A stretch of DNA of 63,643 nucleotides, the filler included, from Rhabdomonas costata (taxonomy: Eukaryota): the NCBI GenBank assembly GCA_019059605.1. It is 51 parts of 51 records of this genome, joined end to end, with 100 filler letters (N's around TTAATTAATTAA, not from the genome) between each part and the next. Parts side by side here need not be neighbours in the genome. Positions count along the whole stretch, not along the records: positions 22,500 to 23,652 come from JAHMHO010026164.1; positions 23,753 to 24,902 come from JAHMHO010026165.1; positions 25,003 to 26,152 come from JAHMHO010026166.1; positions 26,253 to 27,402 come from JAHMHO010026167.1; positions 27,503 to 28,652 come from JAHMHO010026168.1; positions 28,753 to 29,902 come from JAHMHO010026169.1; positions 30,003 to 31,152 come from JAHMHO010026170.1; positions 31,253 to 32,402 come from JAHMHO010026171.1; 43 more parts are not named here. One strand, given 5' to 3'. Below, one piece after another: positions 22,500 to 32,245 of the stretch. Position 1 is the first letter of the stretch. Each line of letters opens with the position of its first letter. The position numbers were made by a program, and so were the translations under genes. Below the pieces are notes generated by a model, which was not told the origin of the DNA, made no database searches, and worked only from the letters and a program-made list of their open reading frames with translations.

Positions 22500-23652
22500 C
22501 CACGCAGGAAACAAAAGTGCACTTTTGCATCCAAAAACAACACCCCATACCTAAGTAGAGTGTTTTCTTTGGGGTCTAGAGCGTACATTTTGAAGTGTGC
22601 TATGGATGTGGTCTTTTCGATATGCACAAGACTCTTCTGGGTGCTCATTCTCACTACGCTCCCGCAAGCCGTCACCCAGACAACGTTTTCCAAAATACTT
22701 TGAACAACCAAGGTTTTGGCCCCCCTTCCCCCCTTATCAATGTTGGGTAAGACCGTTTTGCTAACCAACATTGAAAAATGAGGGGGGGAGGGGGGGTTGT
22801 TCAATTCCATTATGGAAAACGTTGTCTGAAAATGACTTTTTCGCAACGGCGGATTCCCAGCACCTAAACCTCCCGATTTTACCGCCCCCCACAGGGTGGT
22901 GACACAGAAGCCCACGGCGTCGCTCCGCTCCGTGCTAAACTATGGCGAAAGCACACAAGTAAGGTTGAAAAGAGAGACAGGCATGGACTTAAGTGGCCAT
23001 TTTGCGCCAATCAACACTGAAAGAAGTAAAAATCGGCATTTGGGGGGTTTATCAGAGACAAAATATCCTAAAATAGCCTAAAATGGCCTAAAATAGCCTG
23101 AAAGAGCCTGAAATAAGACCTAAAGACGAGAAACGAGAGTAAAGCGAACATTAAAATGACATAAACGGAAACAACCAGCCCTAATTATTCACTGTATTGC
23201 GTTTTCTTCCTACCAATAACCGATTGGTCACGATGCCCAAACGATGCCCAAGACAATTTCCTCGATACCCAGCACGATGCCCGTTATTTTTGACGATGCC
23301 CAGTATTGTGTAAAGGGTTATAAATAATTAGACCTTTATAATAATGCTGGGCATCGTCAAAATAACGGGCAACGTGGTGGGCATCGTACAAAATGCGTTG
23401 GGCATCGTGCAAAATGAGCTCGGTACCGTGCAAAAACACGCCTAGAATGCCTCACCCATCACACAAACCTGAAAAACCCAACATTAATGCCGCTAAAAGG
23501 CTTTCGACACGTTAAAACTTGCCCTGTAATCTACAATACAGCATAGTTGTGTTGAAAAGCGCGCAGAAAGCCTCAAAACACACCACGCAGGAAACAAAAG
23601 TGCACTTTTGCATCCAAAAACAACACCCCATACCTAAGTAGAGTGTTTTCTT
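22500..23652. other. Circular or tandem 1083-bp non-coding unit with two long hairpins, an iteron array and phased A-tracts
   Basis: 22500-22569 is identical to 23583-23652 (70-bp terminal overlap); hairpins at 22677-22828 and ~23231-23410; 10-bp repeats at 23061-23125. Confidence 0.85.
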
Positions 23653-24380
23653 NNNNNNNNNNNNNNNNNNNNNNNNNNNNNNNNNNNNNNNNNNNNTTAA
23701 TTAATTAANNNNNNNNNNNNNNNNNNNNNNNNNNNNNNNNNNNNNNNNNNNNGTGGTGGGTGTGTTTGGTGGTTGGGTTGTGCACAAAGGGATGGTGTGT
23801 GCGGCAAGGACTGTGCAGAAAGGCTTTTCCTAATGCCAGCCGCTCGGCAGCATCCATTCGGAGGGACAGATCAAGTTGGGGATGTTCTTCGGGAGAGGAC
23901 TGTGTGAGGCCTGGGACGAAGCCCCGGCGGCGGGGGTGTACCGGATGTCTTGTGCCTTAACATTATCACCACCAAGCGAGCATCCACATTTCTTCTTTGA
24001 ATTAGGGACAAGCGAGCATTTACATTTGGTCATAACTTTATTTGGAGTGCTTGGGCGCATTTTCGTTGCCTTCTTTTTCGCGGTGTCCACAGACATTGGC
24101 ATTACGCTAAACCTCCCAAAGGTGCCCCATATCTCGGTCGCAGAACATTTTCAGGAGTCCCGTTGCCCTGCCCCGCTGCCTTCGGGTGTGCATGGCGTTG
24201 GCTACAGCCTTGACTACGATATCGAGTTGTATTGAATTGAAGCCTACATTCTGTCTTCTCTTGCATCGCATTGTTTTACTTTGATTTTCGTGGATTTCCT
24301 TTTCAGTTTGCTGATTGGGAGAAGCAGCTCCCATCCGTACTACACTTTTCTTTTCTCTCAAGTCGATTCTAGGCGTCCAC

Positions 24381-24902
24381 ATGGCGTCTGCGCCTCTCCT
24401 CGACGATATTCGTACCCTTTCCCTGCAAGAGGCGGTGCAGAAGCTGGACAAAGTGGTGTTTACCCACCCAGACAGAGGAGAGGTGGTATTTGACTTCAAC
24501 GAAGCCTGGGGTGGGTGCGAGAACTGCCTGCAGGAGTGCCTCCACTGGGCCCAGCACAGCGCTCCGGAAGACGTCCGCCGCACCGTCAACCCTGAATACC
24601 TGGCCGCCGTCCGAAGCTTTACGGGATCGTCGTTGCGCTACGTGCTGAAGTACCTAATGGCTAACAGGAGGCATGCGCGGTTTTCCGACGGGCTGTTCTT
24701 TGCGAAGTTGGTTCTGATCGGGCTTCGGTCACTTCCGGGGCGTTTCTGGATCTCTGGGGTGACGGGCTTCCGTGTGGAACGTGGCGTGAAGGAGTCCATT
24801 GAGGGCGAGGCTCCCAGGATCTTTTTCAACAATTTGACCTCCTTCACCACAGCGCGCGATGTGCTGGCCAGTTTCCACACGGAAGCCCGTCACCCCACAA
24901 CC
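24381..24902 (+). CDS. ADP-ribosyltransferase-like protein (R-S-E clade; ecto-ART/ExoS-like fold), N-terminal part
   Basis: AAVRSFTG...L..GLRSLP...GFRVERG...FFNNLTSFTTARDVLASF parallels ART motifs (A..YT; L..LP; aromatic-R; F.STS....A..F); pyrimidine tract plus AG just upstream of the ATG. Confidence 0.55.
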
Positions 24903-27900
24903 NNNNNNNNNNNNNNNNNNNNNNNNNNNNNNNNNNNNNNNNNNNNTTAATTAATTAANNNNNNNNNNNNNNNNNNNNNNNNNNNNNNNNNNNNNNNNNN
25001 NNGTCTGCATGCGAAAGCCCAAAAAACAAACCGTCGTTGCAATAGCCGATAGCTTTTTCTCCAAATACCAAAGCAGTGCTTAGGACTCAGATCGCTCATC
25101 CTGCGGTTTTGAAGAAGGAAACACTGGCAATGCAATCTTGAGCAGCTGCTCTTCCCCGCAAGCCCAACCTGCGACCCGCGTACCATTTGAATCAGACGCA
25201 AGCGAAGGCACAAGAGTGCAGTCACAATTACAGGGATTCAAAAAAGAGCACGCAACACAGCTGCACGAAGAGCCATGGAGAAGAGGTTCGATACAGTCTG
25301 TCAGTCTCTCTCTGTATGTATGTGGTGGTGTGTGGAGTGACGTGGTGAGCGAAAAGGTTCCGTTGTTCGCGCGCGCGTAGGTAGGAGAAAGGGGGCGTCC
25401 TCTATGAAAAACAGAGAAAGAATCACACAGCCGGAGCCAGACGCAACGGCACATCACAGATACACAGAGAAAGACAGAAAGACGAGAGAGCCACAAACAC
25501 AGCAGGGAGCCAGAGCTGCGTTGCGGCAGCCACTACTTTTTCGGATGACCACGCCAACACACATACACACATAATTCCAATTCTCAGCCCTGTGCAGCGT
25601 ACCTCCAGTCACCTCGACGAAGGCATTCCCTACACCACCACCACGAAAGGACAAAAGGAGCTGCAGCAGTAAGGTCCGGCCGGTCCCATTTCATTTCTGT
25701 ATAGCCGACCGCACGTAGAACACACACACACATACACAGAAAAGCAAGGCAAGAGTGAGAGAGAGGTTAGTCCCATGACGAGCAGACGTTTTACGGAGTC
25801 CCTGAGAGCATCAGGTGAAGGTCACTACCAGAACTACATGTACGTGTGGAGCAAGAGGCCTGCCCGGATGGGTTGCGTCAGCGCAAGCCGCAAGGCTCTC
25901 CACCACATAAAATGAAGTGCACCCAACCCATCCACACCAACCCCCACACAAGTACACTCTTACATGTACAATAAGCCCTCCGCACCCTCCCAAGGGCAAA
26001 AAGAAGAAATCCCGAAAAGAACCCCTCAGGAAGTTAGAGATTGGGAGGCAGCCCATCGTGCGGTGGGTCACACAGAGGTGCAAGCCACGCAGGATAGCCA
26101 CGGAACCCTCACGTCCCCACTGAGCCCGAGCCCTCCATCTCCACCCAACAACNNNNNNNNNNNNNNNNNNNNNNNNNNNNNNNNNNNNNNNNNNNNTTAA
26201 TTAATTAANNNNNNNNNNNNNNNNNNNNNNNNNNNNNNNNNNNNNNNNNNNNCATCCGAAGCCAGCTGAGTTTGAGGTTGAGCTTGCCCACCAAAACCTC
26301 TGGCTTCGGCTTGGACAAGACTTCGATCTGTGCTCCCCCTTGCTATGCAGGGCCCCCGCAGGGTCGCCCGAGCCCTGGGTCGCCACCACTGCTACCTTAA
26401 CGCTGCGGCTGCAGGCGCAGGGGTTTGGCCAGCGAGTGGAGCCGACGGTGCGAAGCCGACTGCACATCTCGTGCTGCTTTCGCGTTCGGCACTTCTTGTG
26501 CTTTTGTGATTCTTGAGGCTCACGTGGGGGGTGGTTTGCAAAAATCACCCGGTCATTCCCATACTCACCGTAATGACAGTGTTCGGCGCAGAAGCGTTAC
26601 GCTAGGCCGAGCAGCTTCACACTGTTCACTGATGTCCTTTCGCAGTTCATGTCCATTGCAGGCTCAAACTTTGAAGTCGCACAGTTGCAGCTTCCGTCGA
26701 ATCCGACGATCCTTTTCTTGCATTTTACTGTCAATCTCTTGTGGATATTTTACGCTCACTGACGCTGCCAGGTTTTGCCGAGATCAGAATTCAGAAACTT
26801 GAGTGATCGGTATGCTTTGTCTTCGTTGCATTTGGTTCTACAGACTCCGCAGCAGCAGAAGGCTGCTGCGCACACTGGCCTGGCCGATGCTGTAGCGGTG
26901 CCGGTCTCCGGGTTTGTTCTCCTGCATACATTGCGTTCAATTTTAACGAGGTTCTTTTGTGCACTACTCCGTGGAAACAGGAGGTATGGAGACAGACTGG
27001 TGCGTGCGCGAAGTGAATTGCAGCATGCCGCATCCATTCTACACTTCAGGTACACGCTTCTATGCAGCTCAGAACATGACAAGGTTGGAAACATCTTGTA
27101 TCATGCACTCCCTTCTCATTCACTCACTTCACGGTACACAGGGGATCGGGGCGCTTCGGCGGGACCTTGGCCGGAGGCTCACCGGCCTCTTCCGATCGGA
27201 TGCCCTCCAGCGTCTCCGTGGCTTCTCCGGTACGCTCAAAAGTCTGCCATTTAGCGGCATTTTCGATTTTCCGGACTTGACCTTGTGGGACGGGGAGTAA
27301 CAATTTCTATAGTTTATAATTTTTTATGATCATCCGAAGAAAATATTGTCGCGCGGTATGTCTACAAAAAATTATAAACTATAGAAATTGTTACTCCCCC
27401 CCNNNNNNNNNNNNNNNNNNNNNNNNNNNNNNNNNNNNNNNNNNNNTTAATTAATTAANNNNNNNNNNNNNNNNNNNNNNNNNNNNNNNNNNNNNNNNNN
27501 NNGGGTGGGTGTCATTCTAGGACAAGTTTGGGTTTCAGGTTTTGGTTCCGTTTGAAACACTATGCAAGCACATTGCGCGCATCTAGAACTATACATAATA
27601 ACACTAATTGTACGTTTGTGTAGCGGGCATTGTCCAGGTGCCTGTTTGAAGCAATCGAGACTGTTACCAAGGAAGAAGTGAAAAGCTTCACAGACGAGGT
27701 TTAGCAACAAATGAAACCGTGTCCCAAGAAGAATTTTTGTTGCTCAGGAACTGCGCGCTCTACTTCGACATCAAACTTGGACAGTGCTCATCGTTCCTTT
27801 TTCATCGGGCAAAAAGAATATGAAGGGAGCGAGCAAGCGGGACTTGAAGAGAGTGAGGATTCGGAGGCAGAGGAGGTGGGGTCCGAGTTTTCGGCTATAT

Positions 27901-28529
27901 GTGCTCAAGTTGCGCCCACAAGCCCATGTCGCTGAGGCTGACACTTGAGGAAGGACATTTTGCTTGCTAGGTTAAAACCTGCTTGCCTTGGTTTACGGTT
28001 TATTGGAAGTCTGTGGGAACGTTCATTGCCCTCTAACCCCCTACAAGCAGTTTAATGAAAGTCCCAGTGGGCACTATTCACGGTCTCGGTACCAACCGGA
28101 ACCATAGCCCAACTTTTCTTGACTCGCTTTTCTTCTCTCTTTTCTTGAAGTTTATGAGAAAGGTCAACCAACGGAACATGCCGAAACTGTCTTCTTGCCT
28201 TTGCAAACGTACTTGACGGCTGTTTAGGGACGCGTCGGCGACATCAGAAACTTCCCCTGTGTGCACGGCCGCGCTCGAAGTTTGACTGCCTGATTTACGA
28301 ACGCGACTAACGGCACAGCACCTGCCGTTAGTTGCTTCGGCTTCTTCCCCCTGCACTCTGTGAGAACTGTCCTTTGTGAAGTGCGGTTTTGCTGGGCATT
28401 ACTGTTGTCTGGTTAATCTTTTGGAAGCATGGATCTGCTGTCCTGCACATTTGTTATGCTTGGTGAGCTGTTTTGTTGTGTTTCAGCTTTCATTCCAAGC
28501 TTTTTGCTTTAATTCCTTCTTCATTCGCG

Positions 28530-28652
28530 ATGGGAACCGGTGCAAGCACGCAGCACACCGCTACCCACCCCTCCCTTACCCACGAGGTGGCCGCCAACCC
28601 ATATCCCGTGGCCGCGGCCCCAACCGCCCAATCCCCCCAATCCCACCACCAC
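28530..28652 (+). CDS. N-terminus of an unknown protein with a possible N-myristoylation motif
   Basis: MGTGAS start (MGxxxS) after a pyrimidine-rich upstream region; truncated by the contig end. Confidence 0.35.
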
Positions 28653-28953
28653 NNNNNNNNNNNNNNNNNNNNNNNNNNNNNNNNNNNNNNNNNNNNTTAA
28701 TTAATTAANNNNNNNNNNNNNNNNNNNNNNNNNNNNNNNNNNNNNNNNNNNNACAAGATCGCAGACAAAGCACCTTACCCATGAACATCAAACCCCGCGG
28801 ACAGCCAAGCGCCCCATCACTCCAAAGCAGTTCAAAGAAAGTAAAAACAAACCAAGCAGCACAAGGAGCGAGACAGTAATGTCTGTAGAAAAGTGGCCAC
28901 GACATGCGCCTGATAATTTTGATTTGTGGTGAGGTTAGCGGAGGTACGCGCAC

Positions 28954-29680
28954 CTTCTCTTTCAGCTGATACATCCACTCATCGTCGGCCTGTTGCCGCC
29001 CCCCGATGACCTCATAGGATTTCTCTGACTTGCCCTCGGGCAAGGGAAGCACAAGTGCAAGCCGGCATTGGGTGCTGATGTTGATCTGGGAGTAGATGTT
29101 CTGGTCGATCAAGATCTATGCCAAGGCCGGCGCCGAGGTAAAAGTCACGGGAACAACAAAAGCAGGTTGAGAATAGAATGGAAAATCGTAATTCAAGTCA
29201 CTTTGGAGCCTCAAGTTGGTGACCTAGTCAATTGTGGTGGATGGCGATGAACACCTGATGAAAGTATGAATTGCAGAAAACTCACCTTGAAGGGGATCAA
29301 CTTCACCAGCTTCTGTAGCACCAACCCTCGGGGAACGCACGGCGAAACTACGGTGAAGGCCCGCTGAGTTGCCGTGCCCAGAGGCCCAAACGTGCTCAAC
29401 CTGAGAGATTACACACCAGAAAACGTCAAACACCTGCGCCCATTTTTGCGCAAAAGCAGCCTGGATTCAACCTCAAAGCAAAAGCAAGACTCAGGTTGGC
29501 GAACCCTCCCGTGCAGGCGAGCCGAACACTAAGATCCATCTTCTGCGAGGCCTGCAGCACCTCCTGCGCCGCAGCCACGCACCGCGAGGCGTGGTCCGAG
29601 CGCAGGTTGCGGACGTTCCAGAAGGCCAGCACCTTGTCCCCGGCGAAGGGCGCAGAGAGCCCCCCATGTGCCTGAATTGC
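28954..29680 (-). CDS. Class III nucleotidyl cyclase-like domain (degenerate, EWMYQL type); exons 29680-29505, 29400-29286, 29115-28954
   Basis: Spliced peptide FAGDKVLAFWN...DHASRCVAAA...RLACTGG|LSTFGPLGTATQRAFTVVSPCV...K|ILIDQ...YEV...DDEWMYQL; spacing matches the RxGxxxGxxxxGxxG cyclase strand. Confidence 0.85.
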
Positions 29681-30089
29681 CTGAAGAACATCAAATGGGA
29701 AGGTGTGCGCTTGAGATGACGAACATGAGGCTACGCCCGGATTCACGAGGTTCCCGCGGAATCGTGACACGTGAAATTGAATCCCACAGGATTAAGTGGC
29801 AAAGAAGAACAAGGAAACATTCGTACGTGACAAGCGGTATAGGTAATCTCATTATCGAGCAGCCGCGCGACGTTCCAAAACACACCAACCACCCCCAACA
29901 CANNNNNNNNNNNNNNNNNNNNNNNNNNNNNNNNNNNNNNNNNNNNTTAATTAATTAANNNNNNNNNNNNNNNNNNNNNNNNNNNNNNNNNNNNNNNNNN
30001 NNTTGCATGGGTATGTGGCACTGTCTTCTGAATTGCCTGATATCGGTTAGCATTGTCCCGTGGGACTTTCGAGGGTGTCTTTTGCCCAG

Positions 30090-30312
30090 GAAACCACGAG
30101 ATGTACACGTCCGGCAAAGACGACCTCAACGCCACTCTGTTCCGGGAAAAGTTTCCGTACCCCTACGTCGACTCCACGGCGTTCTACTGGAGCTTTGCCT
30201 ATGGTCCCGACGTGCGGGTGTTTGTGGTGGATCAATACCATGACTACGGGGCCAACACGAAGCAGCTCCAGTGGCTGGAGCAGAACCTGGCACAGAGCAC
30301 GGCGAAGTGGAA
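30090..30312 (+). CDS. Exon of a metallophosphoesterase (purple acid phosphatase-like)
   Basis: GNHE motif followed by YWSFAYGP..VFVVD...QLQWLEQNLAQSTAKWK; cag| and |gtgtgt boundaries. Confidence 0.9.
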
Positions 30313-31333
30313 GTGTGTTCGTTTTCTGTGGGGTGACCTGAGCACCCGTGTGTCTTTTTTCCGTTTGTCTGTGTTTCTCTGAGCATCCGAACTTTTGTCT
30401 ATCTACCTGCCTGTCTCAGTACCAGGGTAAGGGTAGAATTACAAAAAAATTACCTGTGCGGTACCATGCATCTGGGCGGGGGGGGGGGGGCCTTTGTCAA
30501 TGGTTTAACGATGAAACGGAACCCGACTGCGGCCGAATTCTGCCGTCTAACTCTCCTGAAGAAAGAACATCAGCCTCTTTTACATCGGTATTGGTGAACC
30601 GTTTTACACACATACCAAGAAAAAAAGAAAACAGAAAGAAAAGAAAAGAAAAGAAGGAACCTCGTGGGAAGCCGCCATCACCGCGAGCGAGCCAAGGTGG
30701 CGTCAAGGCGGCGCACCCGCGGCAACACGGCCGCACCGAAAGCCGCACCGAAATTCAAGCGAGACATCAGCTCATCCCTTCTGAAACAAAAGGAAAGACA
30801 CATGCCTGCACCGTCCCAAGGATGGCGTTCAGGTTCGCGTTGAACAGGTGAGAGAGTCTGCTGAGGGCAGCACTGCAAAGAAAGACGAAAAAACCCCGCA
30901 ATTGCACTGTACACTTGATAATCAGCCCCGCCGCCTCTCGGGGCTGAGGTGATGTGGCAGCAGCGAGAAAAGTGGGAGGGGTATTTACCCCAGGGGCCCT
31001 CCGCAAGGTCAACGATGATCAGAAAGAGGCAACTAATCTCAACCCAGGTCCTCCGGTGACGGATAGGCCAAAAGCCGAAAATGGGGACAGCATCCGCCAA
31101 AACCAAAGTCGTCATTCGAAGGAAGCACCGCCAGAGGGAATGCAACACCAACNNNNNNNNNNNNNNNNNNNNNNNNNNNNNNNNNNNNNNNNNNNNTTAA
31201 TTAATTAANNNNNNNNNNNNNNNNNNNNNNNNNNNNNNNNNNNNNNNNNNNNGGTTTGTGGTGTACTGCGCTGCATTGCTCCAACTCGTTATGGGGGAAA
31301 GCAAAGAAGGCAAGGGTGGTCACCCAGGCACAC

Positions 31334-31559
31334 CTCACAGCTAAAGTGGAGCTGTACCAGCTTCTGCAGCAGCAGACGGTTAATCGCGTTGTCGTCCACA
31401 ATCACCACCAGCAGCCCCGCAAACAGCGCCCGCGAGGACTCCTCGCTGCCCACACTCGCTCCGCCCTCCGCGGAAATCACCCCCGTAGCCTCTACCGTGG
31501 AGGGAAACCCTTCGGGAGAGACAGCTCTGGGGACCATGGCGTCCACGGTGGACAGTGTG
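31334..31559 (-). CDS. Exon with the N-terminus of a response-regulator receiver domain (likely hybrid histidine kinase)
   Basis: LLVVIVDDNAINRLLLQKLV motif; |gtgtgc donor. Confidence 0.85.
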
Positions 31560-32048
31560 CTGTTTTTTTTTGAAATCGAGCAAAGAAGCAACGCCTCATT
31601 ACCACGGCACAGGACATGACACGCTCAAAGTTGCTTTCCTTGCGTTACGATTTGGATTTCCATTAAATTGTACCTGCCACCATAAAAATCAGAGTTGGAA
31701 CAGTGGTACCAAAAACGACCCATGGACTTGCACGGGGGGGGGGGTTAGTGATCCCATTGTAAACGAGTCAGCCTGACTGCTTCTTGTGAATACGAAGCAG
31801 CTCAGTAGATCTTTGTGGAATACCTAAGTTCACCTTTTGGGGAACAGAACGACGCTCTCCAATGTGCGGGTGACCATACGCTTAAAATATATACTGATCC
31901 GGCATTTGACAAAATCATGGGGACAAATTTCAAGAAAGCGTCCAATACCCTCAATTTTTTTTTCGAAACAAACAATCAGGCAACCGCAGCAGGAAAAAGG
32001 AAGGAAAGAGAGCAGCAAGCTTGAAGAGGGAAGGTATGTTTATGCATA

Positions 32049-32245
32049 CCTTCAGCAGTGTACCTTTTTTTTAGGGGACACGTGCATCGCCTCCTAACCC
32101 CATGCGAGATGAAATATCCTGATCTAGGGGACACGTGCATCGCTTCCTAACCCCCTGAGAGATCAATAAAAGGATACGATCAGGGCAAATGTCAATCATA
32201 AAGTGTCAACATGAGGAGCCTTAAAAAAAGGTACACTGCTGAAGG
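32049..32245. mobile_element. MITE-like element, ~197 bp, with ~24-bp terminal inverted repeats
   Basis: CCTTCAGCAGTGTACCTTTTTTT ... AAAAAAAGGTACACTGCTGAAGG; internal duplication of TAGGGGACACGTGCATCGC(C/T)TCCTAACCC. Confidence 0.65.

Noticed and set aside
27292-27399. 34-bp-arm inverted repeat
   Set aside because: Contig-terminal perfect copy; probable amplification fold-back.
28954-31559. Apparent signalling cluster (cyclase, phosphoesterase, receiver) in neighbouring positions
   Set aside because: The genes lie on separate contigs joined artificially; no linkage can be inferred.
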